Shown: piece after piece, positions 1 to 14,632 of the stretch
Position numbering within the stretch: the stretch's first letter is position 1
Layout: each line of letters opens with the position of its first letter
From: Eledone cirrhosa
Taxonomy: Eukaryota
Reading direction: 5' to 3'
NCBI GenBank assembly: GCA_964016885.1
Contig: OZ024743.1
Span: forward strand, 336,598,001-336,662,000
Length of the DNA stretch: 64,000 bases
Notes under the pieces: generated by a model
The model's database searches: none
Told to the model about the DNA's origin: nothing
The model's input: the letters and a program-made list of their open reading frames with translations, nothing else
Translations under genes and position numbers: made by a program

Positions 1-850
1 CCATTTAAGACAGCCCGAGCCTTCATATTTCTGTGCAGTCGGACGAACATATCAATAAACTTTGGTGGGCACCCTATTTTTCCTAATATTTTCCACAGCC
101 CACCTCTGTTCACCGTATCAAAGGCGTTTGTCAGATCAACAAAAACCTGATACAGAGGAACCCGCTGCTAAATACACTTCTCCTGTATTTGCCTTGCAGA
201 GAAGATCACATTAATCGTCCCTCTGCCAGATCTAAAGCCACTTTGTGATTCAGGGATTACTGTAGGACAAATATCCTCCATCAACACCGTGGGACAATAA
301 TCTAGCAAGAACTTTGCATACAGACTCCAAAAGAATGATGCCACGGTAGTGATCGCAGATTCCTTTATCCTCGTTATCTTTAAATAAGGTCACCAAGATA
401 CCACCTATCCAGTCTTTTGGTGTAGGAGCTCTAGCCCAGCACTCTGTGATGAGATGGAGTATTGTTTGTGTTATGTTCTTATTACCAACCTTTAACAATT
501 CCACAGGGATTCCATTTGATCCAGGTGCCTTATCCATGTTTGACTGGTTGATGGCCATGTTAACCTCATTATAATCCGGTAATCGATCCATTTAAAAATG
601 TATAACACATTGGGAGATGCCATCTAGCACATCATGATCAACTGATGATGGATTATCGAATAAATCAGTGAAATATTCTTGCCAACGCTTAAGGATTTTC
701 TCTGATTCCTTGATGATGGCATTGTCGCCTTTGGACCTTATGGGAACAATTGGTGACGTTGTTGGACCATATACTGCAAGCAAAAGACTGTAAAACAGTT
801 TTGAATTCTTTGCTTTTTAAACCATTTAAACATTTTAAAAAACCTTTTAA
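1..850 (-). mobile_element. RTE-clade LINE fragment (decayed RT region), runs off window start
   Basis: Frameshifted peptides [66 protein letters not shown]; ends at a (TA)n tract. Confidence 0.9.
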
Positions 851-859
851 AGAAAACTT

Positions 860-961
<102 letters not shown>

Positions 962-1422
962 CATACCCACACCTACATATATATGACTTAAAAATTAGGG
1001 TTAATTTAATACAGATAAAAATGTATGAGATAGTTTACCCTAGCGGTATGGTATGAAAGATATATGAGACTAATATTCAATGTGGTTATAAATACTTAAG
1101 GAAGGATGTTAATAGGTATATCTAATCAGTGTCGATGGCGCTGTATATGTAATCGATCGGGTGTATAGTAGACGGCGGCAATTGGATTTGAAAATAGAAT
1201 TGAAATATTTGATATTGCCGTATTTCTATTACTACAAAAAATAGGCTAATAATAAGACCTGTAAAACCCTAAAACGGAAGCAAATTGGACATCGCCATGA
1301 ATGGTAATCGAACCCACAGCTCTTATGTTTCATCCGAATTATACTATAAAGTTATATCTATATAGATAGAGTGGGTAACCAATGTGTAAATAAGTATACA
1401 CATCTAATATGTAAGCATCGAA

Positions 1423-1424
<2 letters not shown>

Positions 1425-1453
<29 letters not shown>

Positions 1454-1700
1454 CTCGGGATACGCTTTCTTTTAAAATTTTATTCCTGGGAGGGTTGTGT
1501 GGGCAGAGTCCTCAAACACTCCTTCCAGTGGCTCCTGTTAGAAGCAACCGTCTCCAACTCATCCAGCTGAATCCCAAAGCGAGACCAGCCAAGCTCATAG
1601 ATGTTATCCAAACATCTTTTCTCTGGGTCTATACCCGGGACCCCTGCCGGTTGGTGTTGTCCGTAAAATCTGCCCAGCGATTCTTTCCTGGGATATTCTA
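1425..1700 (-). mobile_element. RTE-like LINE 3' end with (AAG)n tail
   Basis: C-terminal peptide KRCLDNIYEL..LETVASNRSHWKECL, stop, then (TTC)n at 1425-1455 on the + strand. Confidence 0.6.
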
Positions 1701-1980
1701 ACCACATGTTCATAGTATCGGAGCTATTATCGCTCAATTCGGAGAAGTACTAGCTCTACCTGGAGAGACTGTTGTATCTCCAGGCTACGCATTCTATTCG
1801 CGATCATATTCTTTCGGTCATTACCCAAGATAGGTAACTGCTGTCACGAATATAGAATTGAAAATAGCGAGTTTGGATTTTACACCTTCCGCCTTTCTTC
1901 TGATTGCTGAATATTTAAGCTAGTACCTTATTGCATAAGCTCCTATGAAATTCTTTGTAAATAAAAACAAGTGATAAACA

Positions 1981-2023
1981 CCTTTATTCTATTTTCGGAC
2001 CGAATAAGACCCTTGTCAGAAAG
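1981..2023 (-). ncRNA. Degenerate type I hammerhead ribozyme motif
   Basis: CTTT-CTGACAA-GGGTC/TTATTC/GGTCC-GAAA-ATAGAA-TA-AAGG; G8->A without the compensating U3. Confidence 0.5.
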
Positions 2024-2321
2024 CGTATATAGTCCTAAAAACTATAAAGAAACATATTTAATGGTCTTATATACCCATTCGCTCTTAGTATTATTTTGAA
2101 ATGGAAGTAGTAATTTTAATATAATTAGTGCTCGTGTTAGCAATTAATCAAGATATATATTAAGATGCGCCTTATGAAGTTATATCTGTATACATACACA
2201 GTGTGTAACCGGGACTGCACCAATGTGTATATAAATATACCCATATGTAATATATAGGCATGTAAACATGCCAGAAAATACGAACTTTCTTGTAATTTGA
2301 AAAAGTGATAAATATCTTTAA

Positions 2322-2365
<44 letters not shown>

Positions 2366-3162
2366 TGCGTGTGTCTGTGAGAGTATGTGTGTGTATGTGT
2401 GCGTATGTGTGTGTATGTGTGCGTATGTCTGTGTATATATATATATATGTAAATAGGGAGAAAAAAACGATTATAGGAAGAAAAATATTTTTTTTCCGTT
2501 ATTTTTTTTTCTTTTTTCTGGGTTAGAAAATGTTTTATGTTACTTTGTGTGAAGTGTTAAGGTATTAGTTAATTTATTTATTAATTAACAATAGCATTTA
2601 TTTATTTATTTATTTAATAATTATATATATACATGTGTGTGTGTGTTTATTCCTTCCTTTTTCTTTTCGGCTCATGTGACTCGTACTAATACAGTACCTT
2701 CTACCTGGCGTCACATAAAATTATGTGCAGATATTATAACTGAAGTGCTATAAATTACTGTTTTGTCTTGTCCCTTACACCATGGATAGTGTCAGACGCT
2801 GTGAGTCTGGATGGACCACCAATACCGTTGGTAGAGGAAGAAACTGTCAAAGTTCATCTGTGTGTCTTATTTTCAAAAGTATATATTTTTTAAGTTTGCC
2901 CCTCGAAACATTGTTTTTCGTTTTGCCTTGTTTTCGTTCATTGTCTTGTCTTCTCTTTGTTAATTTTCCTAAGTGTATTATATATATATATATATATATA
3001 TATAGGGGGGGGGGGGTTAGGGTGTGTACTATGTTATGTGTTTTAAACTGCTGTCAGTTTCGACGACGAATGATCCAATTGTTCGAAGAACGGAACAGCT
3101 CGCTCCTGAAATTAACCTTCAAGTGGCTGACACTACGGACACGTGTAGCCTTAATGTAATGC

Positions 3163-3372
3163 ATTGGAGGAATTGGTAGAGCGTTAAATAAAATGTTATT
3201 GTGGCATTTGTTTTGGCTCTCTACCTTCTGAGTTTAAATACTACAGAAGTCAACTTTGTCTTTCATCCTTCCGAGGTCGATAAAATAAAGTACCAGCCAA
3301 GTACTGGTGATGATTTAATCAACGTTGCCTTCACCTCCAAAGTTTGCTGGCCTTGTGCCTCAATTAGAAAGG
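3163..3372 (+). mobile_element. tRNA-derived SINE with Nin-like core (diverged copy)
   Basis: Degenerate A/B boxes and core CTTTCATCCTTCCGAGGTCGATAAAATAAAGTACCAG. Confidence 0.8.
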
Positions 3373-3695
3373 AGTATTTGTGTGTGCATATGTGTGCTTC
3401 TGTGAGTGCACATTTTCACGAGGGTATCAGTGTGTGTGCGTGACTCTGTGTGTGTGTGTGTGTCATTTTAAATTCTATTTATTTTTATTTCTTATTTATT
3501 TTTATATTTTATTTATTTTTATATTTTATTTATTTAATTATTTTTTGTGGTTATTTTATTATTATCATTATTATTATTCTGTAAAACCAGACCATCCCCC
3601 AAACACTCATTTCTCCGAAATTTATATAAACACTTGAAGCTTATCATTTCACCACATTTATTTCAATATAGCTGATTTAAAATAAAATAAAATAA

Positions 3696-4234
<539 letters not shown>

Positions 4235-4237
4235 ATA

Positions 4238-4414
4238 ACGAAGGAAGTGTGGTAAGGAACCAGGTGGACCATAACGCACCAGAGTACTCAATACTTTGGG
4301 TAGTAGAGTGGGTAATAGGATGATGTTCAAGCCGTTTCGGCGGCTATTTCTGGACTAAATGTCCAGAAATAGCTGTCGGAACGACTTGAGCTCTGCCGTC
4401 GGGGTCTTGGACAT

Positions 4415-4415
<1 letters not shown>
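4238..4415. repeat. Pseudo-LTR-like repeat with internal hairpin (4327-4389)
   Basis: GAAGGAAGTGTGGTAAGGAACCAGGTGGACC.. recurs at 52070-52205 (+) and 27655-27735 (-); arms of about 29 nt around loop TAAAT. Confidence 0.75.
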
Positions 4416-4453
<38 letters not shown>

Positions 4454-4795
4454 CTAAACCTTGGTTATATATGTTCTGGCTCGTTAATTTATTAACCTGC
4501 CATTGAACCACATTGGCATATGGTTGGACAATACATGTGTCCCTTAGCGCCTTGTGCGTGTAGGAACACATATCCTATTATTACTAATCTCCTCTATGTT
4601 GAGAAAAAATTTGGTCGTTCCGACTCCTGCTAGCGATAGTGGTGGCCGATTGACCAACCTCCCTCTGCCTCTATCTTTACTTTCGGCCCTTGAAAAAATT
4701 GATTCCACTTCATTTACTCTCATCTCGGGAACAGTTTTGGATAGCGCTAGTTCGTAATTTAAATTCAAGAATTTTATATTCTTCGAATGAAAAGA

Positions 4796-4879
4796 ACCTT
4801 CTGACGAGAATCTTTCTTTGCAACGAAGGCCGTATGGTCTCCGTTTATTTTTGAGATTCGAAACCGATTCGGTAAAGGT
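4796..4879 (+). ncRNA. Type I hammerhead ribozyme, intact canonical core
   Basis: Stem I ACCTT/AAGGT, CTGACGA, stem II GAATCT/AGATTC, GAAA, stem III ACCGA/TCGGT, GUA triplet at 4872-4874. Confidence 0.9.
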
Positions 4880-4955
4880 AACTATAGTAAGTAAAGTTAA
4901 TTTTTTAAAATTTATTTTGAAACTTTTTCATTATTTGCTAAACCTTGATTATATG

Positions 4956-4989
<34 letters not shown>

Positions 4990-5283
4990 TACATATATAG
5001 AATGATTAGGTATCGAGAGAGAGAAGAGAATGAAAAGATGGTCGATACATATATTTAGTTGCCAATAGTTTATGTGTGCTCAATACTCGTGCCTACAGAG
5101 TTAAATATTAGAGGCGTCAATGTTTAGTGGGCGAGAAAATGGGACTGATTGCTTAAGCACCGGCCAGAGTTACTCCCCCTGCTCTGTGTTAATAAAAACA
5201 CATGCACGGAGAAAATGAATGAGGATGTCAATTTAACCGTAAATTCACTCCCGGGACCTATATTGAACATTATTTTGCTTTCC

Positions 5284-5328
5284 ATGCCCTTGATAAGCCC
5301 GCTAAGGGCGAAACGTACGTTGGTGCAT
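5284..5328 (+). ncRNA. Minimal type I hammerhead, U3-A8 core variant
   Basis: ATGCCC-TTGATAA-GCCC/GCTAA/GGGC-GAAAC-GTAC-GTT-GGTGCAT; palindromic stem III ACGTACGT. Confidence 0.75.
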
Positions 5329-5376
5329 AATTATATAAACATGTTTTAACGGTTTTAAACTCTTTGTATTCACTTC

Positions 5377-5438
<62 letters not shown>

Positions 5439-5741
5439 GAGGGTACTAGAAAGGAGGTGAGAGATATATAGAAGAAGAATTGACCCCAGTACGTGACTGG
5501 TACATTGTTGTCATCATTGAAATGATGAAAGGCAAAGTTTATGGACCTCGGTGAGATTTAAATTCATAGTGTAGACAGGCGGAACGAATACATTTCTATC
5601 TGATATTCTAACAACTCTGCTAATTCCTGTATTCTTCCATTACACATTCTCTATTATCTAAATCCTACAATAAATGGCTAAATGTATGCATATATTATTG
5701 ATTCGTTTTATTCAATTATCAATTTATAATTTATGTATTTA

Positions 5742-6935
<1,194 letters not shown>

Positions 6936-7039
6936 AACCCATTGGCCCTTTCCCAGCCGCCAAAAGTTCATTAGGATTAACTAATTGAAAAAAAAAACTT
7001 TCGGATCAAATGTCAGCAGTAATGACTGCTTAATGTTGG

Positions 7040-7640
7040 GTGTAGAAACACAGATGCGTATTGGTTGCAATGACAGCTCAGTGTTGATTGTGACCACAGA
7101 TGAGTATTGGTTGTGATGACAGCTCAGTAGTTTTAACTACACTTCAATGATAGATGAATGGCTGTAATGATAATTATGCATTGGTTGTAATGACAGCTTA
7201 GCTTTGGTTCTAATGGCAGCACAGTATTGGTTGTAATGACAGCTTAGCTTTGGTTCTAATGGCAGCACAGTATTGGTTGTAATGACAGCTTAGCTTTGGT
7301 TCTAATGGCAGCACAGTATTGGTTGTAATGACGGATTGGCAGTATCGGTAGAGGGTCGGACGCCATGCTTTGCAGCAAAGAGTTACGGCCCTTTGTGGTC
7401 TGAGTTCAAATCCCGCCGAGGTTAACTTTACCTTTCATCCTTACGGGGTCGATAAAATAAAGTACCAGTAATACACTGGGATAATTGCTGGCCTTGTGCC
7501 AAAAGTAGAAACAATTATTGGTTGTGATCACAGGTCAGTTTCGGTTGTAATGAATGCTCGGTAGTTGTAATAATAGCTCGCTGTTGGTTGTATGAGAGCT
7601 CATTATTGGTTGTAATGACAGTTCAGTTTTGGTTGTATAT
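7040..7640. repeat. 20/40-bp satellite (GTATTGGTTGTAATGACAGC..) interrupted by a SINE at 7333-7515
   Basis: Three exact 40-bp units at about 7180-7330 plus degenerate 20-mers; inverted counterpart at 30290-30420. Confidence 0.85.
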
Positions 7641-7790
7641 AAGGAAATATAATAAGGACTTTGTAACACGAACTGGCGCGAAATTTATTATACCTAGCAT
7701 TTCGAGCCACTTTTTTCCATATAAAATAGAAGTAACATTGAAACACCAACCAGATGTGAGAAAAACCACAAACCCTCCATCTCAATTCTA

Positions 7791-7827
7791 CTTTTGAAAA
7801 GCACAAGTACTGCGAAACCGGTAAAGG
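7791..7827 (+). ncRNA. Minimal hammerhead, U3-A8 variant, in solo pLTR 7655-7960
   Basis: CTT-TTGAAAA-GCA/CAAGTAC/TGC-GAAAC-CG-GTA-AAGG; copy of the 12410-12755 pLTR. Confidence 0.75.
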
Positions 7828-7951
7828 AACCAAATAAATATATATTTTTTTAAAAAGACTCCAGTTACATTTTCGATTTCATCTTTTTTCCTTATACTTT
7901 CACTCGTGTAGGACACCTCGTTTTTTTTTTCATTCTGTAAAAAAACCTCAC

Positions 7952-7989
<38 letters not shown>

Positions 7990-8046
7990 CTCTTTTACTC
8001 TTTTACCTGTTTCAGCCATCCGGCTGAGGCCATGCTGGGGCACCGC

Positions 8047-8083
<37 letters not shown>

Positions 8084-8084
8084 T

Positions 8085-8965
8085 CATTTGTAGTTGTCCC
8101 AAATTGAAGGATGAGTATTTTAAACTTTATTTTATCATGATTTTTCCCTGGATTTCACTAAATTCTGTTGGATAAGTCCATATCCTGATTCTTTTTGAAT
8201 TGAGTTTGAATTATTTTTCCCACATCTTACGTTAACTATTTTCCCATTTTGACGCTATAGTCACTTATATATTATGGAATACTGTTGGCTTCTTGCTACA
8301 ATACTTTCTATACCTTTCATTTATATATTTATACTCGGATTTCTTTCCTAGAGTGCTTAAATTATTTGTGACTAATCCCGGTATTTTTTTTTAAAAACCG
8401 CGATAATATTGCTTTTTGCTGAACTCCTTATTGTAGAGTTTTTTTTTCGGAATGTTTTTGACTGTTGTTTCATGTAAACAAACATTCGTCTCATTCTGAC
8501 GTCACCAGCCCTGTTTTTCCACATGTGCGTTTTATTTTCATAATCGCGCATGTTGTTAAACTAGCCTGCTTTTAAATTCCCTTTTTGGCATATTAATCAG
8601 TGAGAATCTGGCTATCGTGTTGAGCTCTGCTGACGATCGTATTCCAACCGTGACCATCTCCACTGAAAGTTTACGTGAAATAGTCTTTTTCAAGACTATA
8701 CAGAGCATTTGTAGTTGTCCCAAATTGAATGATGAGTATTTTAAACTTTATTTTATCATGAGTTAAGGGTCTATTGATTTTTCCCTGGATTTCACTAAAT
8801 TCTGTTGGATAAGTCTATATCCTGATTCCTTTTGAATTGAGTTTGAATTATTTTTCCCACATCTTACGTTAACTATTTTCCCATTTTGACGCTATAGTTA
8901 CTTATATATTATGGAATACTGTTGGCTTCTTGCTACAATACTTTCTATACCTTTCATTTATATAT
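8085..8965. repeat. Direct duplication of about 240 bp (8085-8325 and 8706-8965)
   Basis: CATTTGTAGTTGTCCCAAATTGAA..CCTTTCATTTATATA repeated with a short indel. Confidence 0.85.
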
Positions 8966-9869
8966 ATATATAGTATTAAGGATACTATTTATGGTTATGT
9001 ATATACTAAAACTATTTATAGTTATATATATTTTAAACCCTAAACAGTGAAAGACAGTAATTTATTACTACCTTATTACCAGTAAGATAAATAGCTCAAT
9101 GTAATAACATCAGTTGTTCTACAGAGCAGTTATATTGAATTCACAGGAATCAAAGTTATGTTCAAACCATTTATTAGCTTACAATTGTTTCATCCAAACC
9201 GAGGTTTGGAGTCTTCGGAGCATTTTTCAATGTTTGTATACATACGTGACCTCCTTTCCAACGCAATAGACATACAGATACATAAGTATTTATTGATGCA
9301 CAGTGGGGTGACATATATTATATTATTTCTGAATGGCAATTTAAATTCAAAAATTAAAATCATATTAAAACATAATCAAAGCAAAATTAAAATTAAAATA
9401 CAACATCGGTAGTTAACGTAGATAATGCAAGAGGATAGTTTGTTAGTCAGTTGTAGTAGTTATTGTATGCATTAGTTACACGTGGGGCATGCACGTGTGT
9501 CTTATTTATATATGATTATTGTGCGGCAGTGTGTTATATTCAATACAAGCACTTTAAGCGGGTAATCAAGAGTATTATGGAGGTTGTAGTGGTAAGGTAT
9601 TTTGTGTGTATGCTAAAGAAGCTTGTGTGCTCAATGATCCACCCTATCTTAACACAATTCGTGCCATCTATCTAAAACCTTTTACCCTAGAAATACCCCC
9701 ATGTACACCTACTTTTAGTATAATTACTTTCAATTACTTAGACTGTATTATATCACTATAAATTATATGTAAACTTTAAACACCGAATTCAGCAATGACA
9801 ACCGTTAGAACCCAATCTACGAGATGTCCACTCAGTGAAAAACACCCTAATCCACATATGGACTCAAAA

Positions 9870-12747
9870 GCTCACAGCCCGCAAATTCGCCCTTTGTAAT
9901 CTCCGAAGATCCACAAATGTAAAATAATCAACGATGCCTGTAAACAATCCACCTCAGCCTGCGTGAACACACAATACCCCACAGACCTTAAATTAAGACC
10001 AATTGTAGCGGGCCCACAATGTGAAACACACAGATTGAGCAACTTTATAGACATACTACTGAAACCAATACTGAAACACATACCAAGCCTTGTAAGAGAC
10101 GATCTGGACCTCTTAAACCACCTCCCCAAACATGTCAACAACGACACTATTATTGTGTCTTTCGATGTAGTGAATCTCTACACAACGATCCCACACCAAT
10201 ACGGACTAGAAGCAATAGGATTCTGGCTAGAGAAATATCCCAATGAGATACCTGACAGAATAGAAAAAAGCTTCATCACCGAGGGATTAAAATTCATCCT
10301 ACAGAACAACTTTTTTGATTTCGATGGCAATACTTACAAGCAAATATCGGGGACTGCGATGGGCACAAAAGCCGCTCCAACTTATGCCAACTTAGTCATG
10401 GCATACTTAGAAGTCCAGATATATGAACAGTCCAAATCAAAATACGGATTGAACTTCCACAAATATTTATCAGAGAATTGGAAACGCTACTTGGACGATT
10501 GCCTCATTCTTTGGTCCCACACACTCGACCAACTGAAGGATTTCAAAAACTTAATAAACGGCATCAATAACCACATCCAATTCACAATGGAATACAGCCA
10601 AGATCAACTCCCATTTCTGGACATCTTAATCACAAAAAAGACACAAATATCGAAACTGACATACACTACAAACCAACAGATTCCAAACAATATCTGCTAT
10701 TCACCTCCAACCATCCAAAGCACACGAAGACGAACATTCCTTTTAACCTAGCAAGAAGAATTTGCACAATTGTCTCCAATTATGAAACGCGAAATAAAAG
10801 ACTTCAAGAATTAAAGGAAATTCTACTTGAGAGAGAGTACCCACTATTACTAATAAATAATGGAATAGAAAGGGCTAAAGCAATAGGCATTGATGAATTA
10901 CGGAAACAGAAACAAATTCAAGGTACGTCCAATATTCTATCATATATCTCAACACACAACCCAAGAAATGCGGAAGCTTACAACACTATTCACAATAACA
11001 TCCCACTACTAAAACAAAACCCAAGAATGAAAAAAGCCCTTGAAACGCACAAAATAATCAAAAGCAAAAGACAACCAAAATCACTGAAAACATTACTCAC
11101 CAATGCCAAATTACCTACCACAAACCCACAACCAAGTATCAAAAAATGTGGTCGCTCTAATTGTGGAACCTGCACTCACCTCATTGAAGGCAACACGTAT
11201 ACATTTAAATCAGGACAAAATTTTACTGTAAAAAATCACTTCACTTGCTCATCAAAAAATCTAGTTTATGCCATTAAATGTAAAGGATGCAATGAAGATT
11301 ATATAGGACAAACTAAACTCACACTCAGAAACAGAATGACAGTTCATCGCCAACAATTACGAGATCCAACCACGAGACAGATACCACTAAGTGCACATCT
11401 AGACATCTGCGCAAGTAATAAGACACCCAAATTCCAAGTCTTCCCATTTTACCTTTGCGCTAACAATACAACAGAACAAATGCGAATAAATAAGGAAAAT
11501 ATGTTTATTCAAAAATATAGACCAACATTAAATAAGGTTTAATATACATTATGTCAACACCACAATATGACATACACACACACACATAACACCTTCTACT
11601 TTAGAAAATAAAAACCCGAACTAAATAAACCTTAACATACGTTTGCACTGGCAATACAACAGCAAACACGAAAAAGTAAGGAAAATATGTTCATTCAAAA
11701 ATATTCCTACTAAAGGAATCACTTTCCTACACACACACATACACACACACACAATATATATATATATATATATATATATTCTCTTCATCTTAACATGCTA
11801 ACCATGTTCCCACACACATAACACCCATACACACACATAACAACCCCCACACCTACAACTCCCTCCCCATTTCTACTAATAGAACCACTTTCCTACACAC
11901 ATATATATATACACACACACAAAATATATATTCTCTCCATCTTAACATACTCGCCCACACACACATAACACCCATATACACACACACACAACTCCCTCCC
12001 CCATCTCTACTAATAGAATCATCTTCCAATACACACATACACACACACACACACACATACACACACACAAGCGCACAAATAAACATACATATCTTCAGTC
12101 TCAATAGAAAATCTGAACTCTGACACCCCGGCGAGCTGGCCATATTCACTGAACCAGAACATTTCTCCCAATCCCTTTTCTCTTGACCACTATCTCTCCA
12201 TTGTCATAACATTCACTATAAAGACTACAGAATAGTTTTCCAAATAAGGGCGCAAAAATGTAATAAAAACTTGTTCACGTGACAGCCAAATTTCATTTAT
12301 AACCAACCAAAAAAAAGCCTTCGTGAGCCTCCTTTTTTCAAGTAAAAAGAAATTCAAACACTCATATATGAAAAAACAACCTGTGACAACCCCCCCCTAT
12401 CTTATTTGAAGAACTATTGTAACGCGAACTGGCGCGAAATTTATTATAATTATTGACAAACCAATCAAATTACTTCTCGAAAAACCTGGAATTTCGAACC
12501 ACTTTTTCCATATAAAACAAGTAACATTCAGAGACCAACCAGATGTGAGAAAAACCACAGACCCTCCATCTCAACTCACCTTTTGAAAAGCAGAAGAACT
12601 GCGAAACCGGTAAAGGAACCAAATAAATATATATATATTTTTTTTAAAATAAGACTTCAGTTGCATTTTCGATTTCATCTCTTTTTCTTTATACTTTCAC
12701 TCGTGTAGGACACCTCGGTTATTTTTCATTTTGTAAAAAAACCTCAC

Positions 12748-12755
<8 letters not shown>
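9870..12755 (+). mobile_element. Penelope-like element (Neptune-like), 5'-truncated: RT + GIY-YIG, 3' UTR/pLTR with hammerhead
   Basis: RT motifs LRPIV, SFDVVNLYTTIP, QISGTAMGTKAAPTYANL, WKRYLDD; frameshift near 10640; linker CGRSNCGTC; LVYAIKC..YIGQT..RMTVH; stop 11542; ends in (TA)n. Confidence 0.93.
12579..12616 (+). ncRNA. Minimal type I hammerhead, U3-A8 variant, all stems intact
   Basis: CCTT-TTGAAAA-GCAG/AAGAA/CTGC-GAAAC-CG-GTA-AAGG. Confidence 0.85.
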
Positions 12756-12814
<59 letters not shown>

Positions 12815-12818
<4 letters not shown>

Positions 12819-13620
12819 GGTAGGTTTTCACTTCAATTTATTATACATTTCCAGTCGGTTGGTTAAATAACAGGATGGTTGATTATGTATTGTCAAATGT
12901 CTTTCGCCGCACATTCTGTGACCTCCTCAGTGACTAATTTGTTATGTTGTGTCTCTTCTTTGTTCTGTCCTACACCATCTTGTTTTTATGTGTTGTGTGC
13001 TGTGTACCTGGGTTGCTCATGCGTTATATCCGGGAGTGTATAAGTGTTTATTTATTTAGACATTTATTTACATGTCACAAGTTGGTTTCTTGTTCTATCT
13101 GTGTGTGTCTGGTTTGTTTTATTAATTTGGTTCTTTTGTCTCAGTATGTGTTTATCTTGTCCTTAATTAGTTTGGTTCTTGTGTGTCTATGCATGTCTTT
13201 TTCTTGTCCTTAATTACTAGTTGTGTTGTTGTTGCTATTCCAATCATGTTTTCTACTTTTTTTTTTTTTTAGTTCGTATATGTTTGTCGTTTCTGTAATC
13301 TGTCGGTGTATTGTGTCTTTTCTGTATGAGGATATGGTATTTCTATTGTGCCCCAATGTTCCATTTTGGTATGTTGGTGGAGTACTGATGAGTTTTTTCC
13401 ATCTTGGAATTCTCGCCAGTGTTCAGGCTGTCTCAACTATGTAAGTTGTGTTCTTATTCCAACACTGTCCCTCCGTACATCGTATTCTATATACTACCTT
13501 CCTAGTTTTGCACTTAATTTGTGAGCTTAATTCGCAGACAATATATTTCCTATCAGTGCAGGATTTTTTCAAAAGCATATGATCTACTAATTAGGGTTTG
13601 GGGTTGTTACTGTTGAACTG
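12815..13620 (-). mobile_element. PLE 3' fragment (GIY-YIG end + pLTR)
   Basis: Decayed VYRIRCTEGQC..YIVETA..SVLHQHTKMEH; same family as 31340-31965. Confidence 0.8.
12892..12934 (-). ncRNA. Minimal type I hammerhead motif
   Basis: GTCA-CTGAGGA-GGTCACA/GAA/TGTGCGGC-GAAA-GACA-TT-TGAC; stem II imperfect; decayed + strand copy at 32013-32055. Confidence 0.7.
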
Positions 13621-13776
13621 TTGGCCAGTAGAACGGCTACCATATTTCCATATCGATCTTATCTGGGTATTTCTTTCTATTCTCTGGTTCACGTCAGTGG
13701 CGAGGTGTAGAGTTAAAGAAAGTGTAATATGATAATACAAGGACGGTTTGTTAAGCATTTATTACGTTTATTGGTT

Positions 13777-13861
13777 GGTGACGCGCGTTTCGGTATTTAT
13801 CAGCTCAATGTTCGATCTGTATCGATCTGGCCCGACTTTGGAATCAAAAGCTCGTCGGACC
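13777..13861 (-). ncRNA. Hammerhead motif with C4 core and long stem II insert
   Basis: GGT-CCGACGA-G..(about 60 nt)..C-GAAAC-GCGC-GTC-ACC; palindromic stem III ACGCGCGT. Confidence 0.6.
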
Positions 13862-13910
13862 TCTGCTGTTGTATTATTATATTACACTCTGTTTAGATCT
13901 TTACCTCCCT

Positions 13911-13964
<54 letters not shown>

Positions 13965-14300
13965 AAGTGGGAAAATCAAATAAGGTAAAAAGTTACCTAA
14001 TTATTTCATTGTCGCGACTGCAATTACGCCGTGTGAGATGCAGCTTGAATAATCCAATATACGATATCCATAGCTGTGAGGTCAGGGCTCCTCAAGATAC
14101 TTCTCAATCCAAGAAAAAAATCTTCTAAGTGATCGTTACCAGTGACATTTTCGAAAAGGAAAAATATCACATGGTTTATGGTCAAAAAGAAGGGTAGTAA
14201 AAGGTGGACCATTGGCGAGTAACAGAAATGCTAGAAGAAGCAGTCCATTTCAGCCTATTGTTTTACTCAACCGCAAGGGAGTATAGAACAAAATTATTGA

Positions 14301-14331
<31 letters not shown>

Positions 14332-14337
<6 letters not shown>

Positions 14338-14375
14338 TGATGATGACGCAGATGTGTGACGAAAGAACTTTGATA
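14332..14375 (+). ncRNA. Minimal hammerhead motif isolated between (TA)n tracts
   Basis: TATCA-CTGATGA-TGACGCAGATGTGTGAC-GAAAG-AA-CTT-TGATA; stem II imperfect. Confidence 0.7.
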
Positions 14376-14574
14376 GACTATATATATATATATATATATT
14401 CAGATCTATATTTTTTACCGTTGGTCAATCAATGATAAACATTGATTGCCAAATAAATTAACTATGGATATATACAAGATACGGAAACGAAAACTAACCT
14501 AAACCAAACAGTGAGTATGTTCTGTTATTATTTTTGGCAATAATACAACACTATGACCCTCCCCAAGTATAACA

Positions 14575-14629
<55 letters not shown>

Positions 14630-14632
<3 letters not shown>

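Noticed and set aside
2782-2870. EGF-like peptide RCESGWT..GRNC
   Set aside because: No convincing splice sites and too few cysteines.
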